Below, in pieces: positions 1-8,862 of a DNA stretch of 64,000 nt. The stretch is from Thermoplasmata archaeon. Lineage in GTDB: Archaea; Thermoplasmatota; Thermoplasmata; GCA-020350865. The number at the start of each line of letters is the position of its first letter. Positions within the stretch are counted from its first letter, which is position 1. The DNA is taken from assembly GCA_020348445.1 (NCBI GenBank), contig CP070751.1, forward strand, positions 2,712,750 through 2,776,749, written 5' to 3'. The translations under genes were made by a program, and so were the position numbers. Under the pieces are notes generated by a model. It was not told the DNA's origin. It was given only the letters and a program-made list of their open reading frames with translations, and searched no databases.

Positions 1-2
1 GT

Positions 3-2153
3 GATCTTACGATTCTTGCCCCGAGAATAGACTACATAACAATCATGGATTCTCAAAATGGAAGTGGAGCGTGGGTCGGAGATATCACATACAATGAAGA
101 GGACAAAGATGTCTTTTGGGCAGCAGGTTACAACGACACAGCAGATTACGTCAAAGATGTAGAGGCAACATGGGAGAGCGACAATACAACAGTTGGAAAG
201 GTCACTTTGGGACCTGATGAATACACAGATTTCACGGCAGGGATAAAAGGAGGATACTGCAAGGTAACGGCAACCTTTGGCACCTTGTCAAATCTGACCG
301 GTAATTTATTTGTGATAAATGTCAATACCCTACCTTCTGCAGAGGCCAAATATCACAACGGAACCGGTTTTTCAGGGGGTAATTTCACATTTTCAACTGA
401 TATTACATTGAGGGTCACAGGAAGAAAACAGAACATAATAACAATGAAATTGGAGGAAGATGGCACTATCGTAAAAGAAGTTGAAGTTACAAGGCATTCT
501 GGTAACCCTGATACAGGAGAGATTTCCCATGAAATGAGCGTTCAAAAGGTGTACAGGATCGTTCTTGTTTATAATGGACATAATGGGGGCTCAAATCCCA
601 TAATTGTAACATTTGAATTCTTGGAGAGAATATATTCTGTGCATTTGCTCTTCAACTCCCAGGATGGAGAAAATCAGGAAGCAATTTTGCCATTCAATGA
701 TGTCATACCATTGGTAGGAGTTGTCTTTTTCGATGCTTCTTTATCATCAGATTTTGAGGGATATTTAGACGACTATCAATGGAACTTTGGTGATGAATCT
801 ACAGGATCAGGAGAAACACTGGCCCATGCCTATGATGAAAATGACGAGTATACAGTGACCTTGACAGTTACAGACGATGAAGGTGGAACTGATTCAAGCA
901 CAATAACTGTACCAGTGGAAAACATTGACGACAACAATCAGGCAAATGCCATACCCAGTCAAAAAGGTGCCAAGGGATTTTTAAATGAAAGCGGTGAATG
1001 CGTTGTTATTCTACAGTGTCCTGCCGATCTCCTGATAAAGAATCCTGAAGGCAGGCAAATTGGATTTTTAGAGGGTCACCCAATAATGGAAATCGAAGGG
1101 GCATTTATTTCAATGAGGTACAGCGATATCGAGGTGTACTATATTCCATTGGATGAAAGATATACATTTGAAGTGAGAGGAACTGGAGTTGGCATTTATG
1201 ATTTAAGCGTGATTCGAGTAAGTGATGATATCGTTAGAAAATACGGTGTACTGGATGTGACATGTTCTGAAAATACTGTAGATATATATGTCTTCGATTT
1301 TAATGAAGAGCAAATATCAATCTCCACAAATGAGGACGATAAACTCTATTCTCTGGGGATCTCAACATCCATAGATGATCAACTGGATAATTTTATTTTG
1401 ACAGATATGAAATTAAAAGAGGATGCAACTCACATATATAGAATAAAAAACTGGGAAGTTCTAAGTTCAGGTAAACCTGTTACCCTATATATCGATGAGG
1501 ACGGCGATGGTACAATAGACGAGAGAATCGATCTAAAAACAGGACTTTCCGGTGATGAGGTCGATACATTAATTTTGAAGGAACCAGTTTCTGAGCCTTT
1601 CCCGCTTCTGTTGTTAATAATAGCTTGTTCCATTTTTGCCCTTGGAGCGGGAGGTCTTCTTACAGAGGTGGGAAAGGTGGCATTGCTCACATTGTTTTTA
1701 CCCCTGTATACTAGACTTAAGAAAGAGGAGCTGCTTGATCAACCCACAAGGTACAAGATCTACGGTTACGTACTTGGTAATCCCGGTGCCTATTTCCTGC
1801 TCATGAAAGAAGTGCTGGAACTGGGTAGCGGCCAGCTTGTCTATCACCTTAAGCAATTGGAGGAAGCAAAGTTGATATATTCAAGGGTTGACGGGGCAAA
1901 AAAACGCTTTTATCCTGCACATGTTCCAAAGTTAAAGGGTGGACTGCACCATTTAAGTGCAATAGAACAAAAAATATTTGGAATAATAAGGAACAACTCC
2001 GGTATTGGTCAGAAAAAAATAGCTTCTACAATGGGTATAAGCCGGCAGGTTGCAGGCTATCATCTTACACAGATGGCGAGAAAAGGTATGATAAACAAGG
2101 AGGTCGTCGGTAGAAGGAACAGGTACTATCCTTCAGAAGAATATGGCATTTAG
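3..2153 (+). CDS. Membrane-anchored protein: extracellular PKD/Ig-like domains, TM segment, C-terminal tandem winged-HTH (5'-truncated by window edge)
   Basis: Frame is open from position 3 (DLTILAPRIDYITIM...), so the ORF-track Met at 45 is internal. PKD motif FDASLSSD..YQWNFGD..GETLAHAY..EYTVTLTVTDDEG; hydrophobic FPLLLLIIACSIFALGAGG; two wHTH (NPGAYF..GSGQLVYHLKQLEE; NSGIGQKKIASTMGISRQVAGYHL). Confidence 0.8.
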   Translation, partial: DLTILAPRIDYITIMDSQNGSGAWVGDITYNEEDKDVFWAAGYNDTADYVKDVEATWESDNTTVGKVTLGPDEYTDFTAGIKGGYCKVTATFGTLSNLTGNLFVINVNTLPSAEAKYHNGTGFSGGNFTFSTDITLRVTGRKQNIITMKLEEDGTIVKEVEVTRHSGNPDTGEISHEMSVQKVYRIVLVYNGHNGGSNPIIVTFEFLERIYSVHLLFNSQDGENQEAILPFNDVIPLVGVVFFDASLSSDFEGYLDDYQWNFGDESTGSGETLAHAYDENDEYTVTLTVTDDEGGTDSSTITVPVENIDDNNQANAIPSQKGAKGFLNESGECVVILQCPADLLIKNPEGRQIGFLEGHPIMEIEGAFISMRYSDIEVYYIPLDERYTFEVRGTGVGIYDLSVIRVSDDIVRKYGVLDVTCSENTVDIYVFDFNEEQISISTNEDDKLYSLGISTSIDDQLDNFILTDMKLKEDATHIYRIKNWEVLSSGKPVTLYIDEDGDGTIDERIDLKTGLSGDEVDTLILKEPVSEPFPLLLLIIACSIFALGAGGLLTEVGKVALLTLFLPLYTRLKKEELLDQPTRYKIYGYVLGNPGAYFLLMKEVLELGSGQLVYHLKQLEEAKLIYSRVDGAKKRFYPAHVPKLKGGLHHLSAIEQKIFGIIRNNSGIGQKKIASTMGISRQVAGYHLTQMARKGMINKEVVGRRNRYYPSEEYGI

Positions 2154-2215
2154 ATCATTTCCTAATTGAAGCATTATAGGTACGAATTGTCCCTTCAAAT
2201 ACCCTTTTGATTCTA

Positions 2216-2257
2216 TTGACTATTTCATCTAAGGTGTAAGTAAAAATAAATAGTCAA
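2216..2257. promoter_or_regulatory. 10-bp perfect inverted repeat upstream of larB (operator or terminator candidate)
   Basis: TTGACTATTT (2216-2225) / AAATAGTCAA (2248-2257), 22-nt spacer, intergenic. Confidence 0.35.
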
Positions 2258-2298
2258 ATTGCTATGGGGCCGTAAGAAATGATAAAAAGGCCATTAAA

Positions 2299-2988
2299 AT
2301 GACGAGAAAAAGCACTAAGAACCACCATTCAGATATACTTAGGCAGTGCAGAACCAATATTCCCGAGGTTGTATTTGCCAGATTCAAGGATGATAAAGGC
2401 CTTGTTGATTCTACAAAATCCCTTTTGGATGCCAATGGGAGGGTGCTCGTTACAAAATGCACAAAAGACCAGGTTAGGTTGCTGAAAAAGAAGTTCGGAA
2501 CTAAAGTCGTAAAAGCTGATGAGATATCGGGCACAATAGCCATCTATAAGAAGAAATCCAGGCAAAAAAAAATTGGAACTGTGGTTGTGGTCTCTGCTGG
2601 AACCTCCGATTACTTTGTAGCTGAAGAGGCCAGTCTATCGGCTGAATTCTTTGGTTTACAGGTATATCGTCACTACGATTGTGGTGTTGCAGGAATACAC
2701 AGAGTTGAGGAAGCATTAAAGACCATCGATGAAAAAGAGGTGGATGTTATTATCGTAGTGGCTGGAATGGAAGGAGCCCTGCCATCAATTGTATCTGGGT
2801 TGGTAAAACAACCAATTATCGCTGTTCCAACTTCTGTAGGCTACGGTGCAAGCCTAGACGGTATCACAGCATTGCTTGCCATGCTCAACAGCTGCTCCCC
2901 TGGAGTTGTTGTCGTGAACATTGACAACGGTTTTGGAGCTGCGGCAAGTGCTTATAAAACTATTAAATGGATGAAGGGAAAGAGTTGA
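2299..2988 (+). CDS. larB: Nickel-pincer cofactor biosynthesis protein LarB (PurE-like fold)
   Basis: PEVVFA..K, VVSAGTSD..VAEEA, DCGVAGIHR, VVAGMEGALPSIVSGL, IAVPTSVGYGA, MLNSCSPGVVVVNIDNGFGAA motifs. Confidence 0.92.
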   Translation: MTRKSTKNHHSDILRQCRTNIPEVVFARFKDDKGLVDSTKSLLDANGRVLVTKCTKDQVRLLKKKFGTKVVKADEISGTIAIYKKKSRQKKIGTVVVVSAGTSDYFVAEEASLSAEFFGLQVYRHYDCGVAGIHRVEEALKTIDEKEVDVIIVVAGMEGALPSIVSGLVKQPIIAVPTSVGYGASLDGITALLAMLNSCSPGVVVVNIDNGFGAAASAYKTIKWMKGKS

Positions 2989-3003
2989 TTTTTTTCTGTT
3001 TTC

Positions 3004-6000
3004 CTACCAATCAACATCCCAGATGCAGTTGTCTGTAACGTGAATATACAATCCATATCCAGGCTCTATCTGGACGAGGTCATCAGGTGAATATGAACCT
3101 GGGTCCCACATCTTCCATGGATCTGATGCATCGCTTGCATTATAATACATAACCATGTCAATTGACCCAGGACCTGAAATGAACTCGAAAGCCTCGTTTG
3201 CACCTGTACCTGAGAACCTTGTGGTAAGAGAAGGATACCCCACAAGATTCCAGCCTGATCTAAGCTGAATTCCTGTAGTAGTGGGTGAAGGCACACTCCC
3301 AACCAAACTCAAAACATCATCCTGATACATGTAGATCCAGATACCCATTTTGCGATCGATGTTTTGCAGATCATTTCCAAATGGTTTACCTACTCTGTAA
3401 TGCTTCCATTGATCGGTGCCGTCGCTGGCATCGTACCATTGGACAGCACGATACTTACCATCAATATACTCCAGCACTTTTGTTATTGTAGTATCGCTCT
3501 GATTCATAGGAACTGATATCATATTCCAGCCTTTCTTCAATGGAATCTGAAATTGTATGCCATCCAAAACAACGATCACATTTCTACTAATATACATATC
3601 TGCAATTGTATATCCAAATCTCAAACCTTCTGTCGCAGATGCGTTGTGAGGTGTATAGTAGAATTTGCCACTGGTTTGATTCTCAATGTATTCTGTGACA
3701 ACAACCCACCTTACCCATCCATCAAAAGGAGTTACAAAAGGTGCTCCTATATGAGGTGTCCCAAAGGTGTCATTGACCCATAATAACGCGCTTGGAACAC
3801 CTATGTTGTCCACATCCACGACCCTGACATTCATGTACCAATTTACTGTGAGGCTGGACTGGGTATCGCCGAAATCGGTCTTGGCCTTGTCAAATGTTGT
3901 GTTCAAAGTCCAGGGGTGGGAATTTCCGGTTACATAAAAATCATCCACCAGAGGATTCGCAGAGGATATGGTACAGTTGTAGAAGCTGGGATTAGAGCCC
4001 GAATCGCAATGGACACTGGCCACATTGGAATCTATAATTTGGGTGCGGAATATGTTTGCATTGGAGTTCTGTGTAAAATTCATTCCTATCTCCGAATCTG
4101 TTATCACATTATTAGTAATAGTTGGATTGGAGGATCTGCAGGTGATACCATGATCATTATTAGTAAGAGTGTTTGCATCTCCAACTGTGGCATCAGAATT
4201 CCAAAGGTAAATACCATGGGTGTTGTCGTAAATTCGATTGTAATCTCCAATTTGAGCAAGATCTTTGTTTATGAGATAGACACCGTAATCATTCTCGTAT
4301 ATATCATTGTCCAAGACATAGACAGAACTTATATCGTCCTGTGTTATATATATTCCATAATTACATTTATAGACCCTATTTAAATCGACATACAGGCCGT
4401 TTGCACTGCCCAAATAAATGCCGTAAGTGTCCCAATTATCGGGTTTTGCAGTTATTTCATTTTGAGCAATAATTACGCCGGATGTCCACCATCCATATAC
4501 ACAATAGGAGCCATTGGCTCCCTGCTGGCCACTGGAGATGTTGATGCCTCCAACTCCGGTGGTAATATTGTTATTGTCGAGGATAATATCAGAAGAGGAT
4601 TGGATGTTCATCGTAGCTCCAGCAGCGTAACCAGGTTCTGCTCCCATAATTACATCTCCTCCATCTCCACCAACGATCAGATCGCTTTTTTCTATCCTTA
4701 TGTTGTTACAATCCAAGATATTTGCTGCCTCGCCTCCCCAGCCAGCCATAATACCTTGAGAGTGGTAATTGTTGCCACCCTTTCCACCTTTGATATCTGT
4801 TATGTCACAAACCATATCGTAAGCGTTTGTGCCATAAAATCCAGAACCGCCGGGTCCGGCCATAGCACCGGGACCGTAATTATCCCCTCCCCTTCCTCCA
4901 GTCAAATCGCAACCTTCAACAGAACCAGTGCTTTGGATGGAGTAAAGGGCATTACCACCCCTACCATTTAGACCCTCTCCGAGCATCATCACCCAATTGT
5001 CTCCGCCCTCACCACCAATTAGATCAGATCCAGTTATCGTGGCATTTGAATCCAATAAAGCCAAAGAATTTAGAACCACACCATGTCCTCCATTTCCAGA
5101 AGATGTCTCTGTGGCAAAAGGTGTATTATTTCCCCCGTCTCCACCAGTTGATGTGGATCTGGTAATAGTGACACTGTCTGATGCTGAAAGACTAATACCG
5201 TTGCCCCCATTGCCACCTGATGGGAAAGGAAATATCATCATAGTGCCTGTACCCGTGGTGTTTCCTCCCTTGCCACCTCTGATATTCGGATTCAGGGAAA
5301 TATCGCAAACGCAAGGATATCTGCAGTTATAAAGGGAAACGGCGCCGCCACCATCACCACTTGTCCAAACATTGTTTGGCATTCCTCCCCAATTTGCATG
5401 GTTGTCTCCACCGTCCCCGCCAAGTATGTTATCATTGTTATAGATGAGAACCTGACCGTTGTTATCATTGTCTGTTATGTTAATTGCGTCGCCGCCATCA
5501 CTGGCATTTCCGTCGAATAGGGCGTAGTTTTCTCCACCTCGCCCTCCTTTTATGATGTTATTATCACTGATTTCTATGGCATTTGCCATGTTCGGCACAG
5601 GAAACAAATAGATTCCCCCTCCGCCTTTGCCTGCAGTGCGATCGCTTCCTGTGTTGTTACCTCCGCGGCCCCCTAAAATCAGTTCATTGTTGATGATTCT
5701 GATGAATCCATCGTAATTGTCATCGTAGATTGCATAGCCGCCAGCTCCACCACCGAGGCCTGCATCATCACCACCAGAACCTCCAATAATTGTATTTTTT
5801 GAGATGGTCACGCCATTTGCAGGACCAAAGGGATTTTCAAGATATATCCCACCTCCTCCGTCTCCACCACCTGCTGAAGCATTCAGTCCATAAATGGTGT
5901 TATCGTCGATAAATGCATCAGAACTGTCAACTGAGATTGCGTATCCTTCATTTTCGTAAAAATCGTTTTTCACGATATTTGGTGATGGCATAATCGATAT

Positions 6001-6594
6001 GCCAGGTTCACCGAGACATCTGATTCCATTGGCAATATTGTATCTAAATGTGGAATTGGAGATCGTGACATCTCCATTGGTGCTGATGCGAAGCGAGTAC
6101 CCTGCAATACCAGCATATTCCACTGTGCAATAATCCATGGTGGCGTTACCTGGCTCATCTATGAAAATCCATTCCCAATCCCCTGGTACAGGAAGGGTTT
6201 CATTTGATGTGAACGTTATTGTGCTGGCAGGAGAACCCTTTGCTGTAAGATCACCAAAATTTATTAAGAAACCTGAATTGGCAAATCTCACTGTGCATCC
6301 CTGCTCTATTATAAGTTCATAGCTTCCATCGATGAAATATCCAGAATCGATTACATGTACCGGATCCGGTGTATTTTTCCAAACTACAACGCCATTTACT
6401 GTCCCGTCACCATCCTTGGGCCCGCCATCTTCCAACGATGTAGAGGAAAATGGATCATGCATTACATAGCCCTCTGCAGTGTCTATAATAATTGGAAACA
6501 CTATAATAAATCCACCGAAGACCATACTCAATGTCAGAACCAAGGAGCACACCTTTCTAATAACGTCTTTTCTACTATAATCCACACTTTTCAT
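3004..6594 (-). CDS. Large secreted parallel beta-helix (NosD/pectin-lyase-like) surface protein with glycine-rich GGxGG inserts
   Basis: N-terminal signal/TM, AAGGAGGA RBS, repeated I..N.I..N..GI coils, about 11 GGxGG...GxGG units, C-terminal GWN(M/L)(I/V)xxP duplicated domain. Confidence 0.75.
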   Translation of the reverse strand: MKSVDYSRKDVIRKVCSLVLTLSMVFGGFIIVFPIIIDTAEGYVMHDPFSSTSLEDGGPKDGDGTVNGVVVWKNTPDPVHVIDSGYFIDGSYELIIEQGCTVRFANSGFLINFGDLTAKGSPASTITFTSNETLPVPGDWEWIFIDEPGNATMDYCTVEYAGIAGYSLRISTNGDVTISNSTFRYNIANGIRCLGEPGISIMPSPNIVKNDFYENEGYAISVDSSDAFIDDNTIYGLNASAGGGDGGGGIYLENPFGPANGVTISKNTIIGGSGGDDAGLGGGAGGYAIYDDNYDGFIRIINNELILGGRGGNNTGSDRTAGKGGGGIYLFPVPNMANAIEISDNNIIKGGRGGENYALFDGNASDGGDAINITDNDNNGQVLIYNNDNILGGDGGDNHANWGGMPNNVWTSGDGGGAVSLYNCRYPCVCDISLNPNIRGGKGGNTTGTGTMMIFPFPSGGNGGNGISLSASDSVTITRSTSTGGDGGNNTPFATETSSGNGGHGVVLNSLALLDSNATITGSDLIGGEGGDNWVMMLGEGLNGRGGNALYSIQSTGSVEGCDLTGGRGGDNYGPGAMAGPGGSGFYGTNAYDMVCDITDIKGGKGGNNYHSQGIMAGWGGEAANILDCNNIRIEKSDLIVGGDGGDVIMGAEPGYAAGATMNIQSSSDIILDNNNITTGVGGINISSGQQGANGSYCVYGWWTSGVIIAQNEITAKPDNWDTYGIYLGSANGLYVDLNRVYKCNYGIYITQDDISSVYVLDNDIYENDYGVYLINKDLAQIGDYNRIYDNTHGIYLWNSDATVGDANTLTNNDHGITCRSSNPTITNNVITDSEIGMNFTQNSNANIFRTQIIDSNVASVHCDSGSNPSFYNCTISSANPLVDDFYVTGNSHPWTLNTTFDKAKTDFGDTQSSLTVNWYMNVRVVDVDNIGVPSALLWVNDTFGTPHIGAPFVTPFDGWVRWVVVTEYIENQTSGKFYYTPHNASATEGLRFGYTIADMYISRNVIVVLDGIQFQIPLKKGWNMISVPMNQSDTTITKVLEYIDGKYRAVQWYDASDGTDQWKHYRVGKPFGNDLQNIDRKMGIWIYMYQDDVLSLVGSVPSPTTTGIQLRSGWNLVGYPSLTTRFSGTGANEAFEFISGPGSIDMVMYYNASDASDPWKMWDPGSYSPDDLVQIEPGYGLYIHVTDNCIWDVDW

Positions 6595-6835
6595 TGCTAT
6601 TCCTCCTTTAAAAACGCTGCTTTATCTTCTATTTGATTATGTTTAAGTCCTATTTAATTGTTTTAGAACATTTTTTGAATTTTAGTGATATGATATTGAC
6701 ACCCTTGTACAATGTTGATATATAATATACTTTTAACAAGGGAAATAATGTGGGTTTTGTTCCAATTCCTAAATCTTTATTTATCATGCCCAACCTTAAG
6801 GTGTAAAGAGATATTCCTTATTAAATGGTGAGCCA

Positions 6836-7318
6836 ATGAACATCTACATTACCATGACAGGTTTTTCAGACTGGGCAATTTTCAACAGTCTATGGGCCGT
6901 GGTGAGGTTGAGGCAATATATTCCCGATAGAATATATATTTTCACGACAAAGAAGAGAAGAAGGCAGGCTGAGCTTGCGAAAAGGAGATTCATTATATTA
7001 CTCAAGGAGTACGGTAAAAAGCCAAACATTGTGATCAGTGAGGTGCCTAAAGCAGATTTTGTGACATCGGGATGGCGCATCAACGATGTAGTAAAAAAAG
7101 AAAAATCACTGGGGAATAAAATAGCAATCGAAGTAACGCCTGGAAGGAAGGCCATGGTTGCGGGAGCCCTGGTTCCCAGCATCCAGGGTAAGGTTGATCA
7201 TGTGTTCTACCTCTATCTAGAGGATGTCGATTATGCGGACAACCTATTTTTACGAATTCCTCTGACTGTACAGCATTCCCATGATTTCATGGAGGAGATC
7301 AAGTTTGCGGGTAAGTAA
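6836..7318 (+). CDS. Stand-alone CARF-domain protein (putative cyclic-oligonucleotide sensor or ring nuclease)
   Basis: Rossmann-like pattern: first strand IYITMTGFS (GxS motif), PDRIYIFTT, and CARF motif-II-like IAIEVTPGRKAM; 160 aa with no fused effector. Confidence 0.7.
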   Translation: MNIYITMTGFSDWAIFNSLWAVVRLRQYIPDRIYIFTTKKRRRQAELAKRRFIILLKEYGKKPNIVISEVPKADFVTSGWRINDVVKKEKSLGNKIAIEVTPGRKAMVAGALVPSIQGKVDHVFYLYLEDVDYADNLFLRIPLTVQHSHDFMEEIKFAGK

Positions 7319-8399
7319 AGTAATTTCAAAAAAAGACCTCATGATCCTCTTCAATGAGATATACCTCTCAAAAAAGAGATGGTTTGATGTAAAATTTCCA
7401 TTTTATGATGTAAATCTTTTTAGCTGTGATATTGGAGCATATGAAATCAGAAATATAATTACCAGAAATGAGTTCGAGAAAGTAAAGCGTGAGCACAACC
7501 CTGAAAATGATTTTCTTCAAAACGATCTGCCGCGATTTTCTGATCTCAGGGACTGTTTTTTATCCTCCACCTTTCTGCCTTTTTCGAACTTCACAGCAGT
7601 GAAGGAGAGATTAATGGAACTTGCTAAGACGATAAAAAGCCCTGGGGGAAGGTCAAAACCTCTTTATTTGGCCTTGGATACCAATCTCGTTTACTTTAAG
7701 TTCTTTTCCAGATATTTTCCTTTGGATAGTACAGACGGTGATTTACGGGTGACAGCCGTAGATTTCAGGATCGCTTTAAGCGACATAGTGAGGGAGGAAA
7801 TCGACACAAATATCAAATACAAGTACAGATCCTCAAATCTCAAGAAGATGAGAGAGGCATTTGGCCATGCCCAGATTGTGGATGAGTTCATTAACGCAAG
7901 TGCCAGAAAAACAAGAATGGCAAAGAGCGCTCAGAACGAAATTAAGCTCCTTTTTGCCCAGTTGGAGGCTGAAAGGGCCGAATCCGGAAATTTCCCAAAG
8001 GACAAGGAGGAAAGGGATAGACTCATTGCAAAGTCATACTCAAACTTCGAGAAGGACAGAAACGGTGAAGTGTTGCTTCTCACCGCTGATGAGGATATGG
8101 CATATCATGCCAAGAATGCTGGTCTGCTTCAAGAGACCCTGATAATCCCGCATAACATAGGTTCTAAAGGGAAAATCGAGCCCATAAGTCTGGTGAACCT
8201 GATTTTCGACTGTGCCCTGACGTTTGGTGTTGTCAGATTAGGTGGTGTTGGGGTAACAATTTTCGGAGAGTGGAAAGGGAAAAGCTTCGATGATTACACA
8301 AGGGAACATTTGAAAATATGGCTCGAAAATGACAGTAGGATCAAGAAAGAATTTGAAAGGGATATAGGTATAGCAAATGCCATTGATGAAATCGGTTGA
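7305..8399 (+). CDS. PIN-domain ribonuclease-like protein
   Basis: YLALDTNLVY (PIN strand 1), IVREEI, ERDRLIAKSY, VLLLTADEDMAYHA acidic tetrad pattern. Likely TTG start at 7305 behind GGAGGA (7291-7296), overlapping the CARF stop. Confidence 0.75.
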   Translation: MRVSKVISKKDLMILFNEIYLSKKRWFDVKFPFYDVNLFSCDIGAYEIRNIITRNEFEKVKREHNPENDFLQNDLPRFSDLRDCFLSSTFLPFSNFTAVKERLMELAKTIKSPGGRSKPLYLALDTNLVYFKFFSRYFPLDSTDGDLRVTAVDFRIALSDIVREEIDTNIKYKYRSSNLKKMREAFGHAQIVDEFINASARKTRMAKSAQNEIKLLFAQLEAERAESGNFPKDKEERDRLIAKSYSNFEKDRNGEVLLLTADEDMAYHAKNAGLLQETLIIPHNIGSKGKIEPISLVNLIFDCALTFGVVRLGGVGVTIFGEWKGKSFDDYTREHLKIWLENDSRIKKEFERDIGIANAIDEIG

Positions 8400-8531
8400 G
8401 AAATCACCGTTTTCAGACATTTTTTCCGATAAATAGGTATAATCAGCAACTTAACGTCCTAAGTAATGCGATAAGGTAAAATTAAGCGAAAATTTTATGA
8501 CGGTCCACTGTCTTACTCTATTTGGAATAGC

Positions 8532-8693
8532 ATGACACCAGAAGAGGGAGTAATGATACTGACAATAGGCATTATTCTTGTTATCGGTTTGTGGCTGACC
8601 ACGCTCACGTACCTGGTTCTTGCCAAAAAGGAGCTGAGAAAGGAGAAAGCGAAGACCAAGGAACCTGAAGAAAGCCAGAAAGAAGAACCATAA
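8532..8693 (+). CDS. Small single-pass membrane protein (53 aa; below ORF-track cutoff)
   Basis: MTPEEGVMILTIGIILVIGLWLTTLTYLVLAKKELRKEKAKTKEPEESQKEEP*: clean TM helix followed by a charged tail; alternative ATG at 8553 behind GAGGGAG. Confidence 0.6.
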   Translation: MTPEEGVMILTIGIILVIGLWLTTLTYLVLAKKELRKEKAKTKEPEESQKEEP

Positions 8694-8862
8694 TCCGATG
8701 AAGAGGAAGAAACCAAAACCGAAGAATAGGAAACCTGAAAAAGCCAATCAGACGAGCAATGCAGGGCAATGGATGCAGGAGAATGCCTAAATAAGAAAAA
8801 ATGTATTGACTACCTTATTTTTCCCTGTTTAGGGTAAGTTATCTTAATTTTTTACAAATAAC

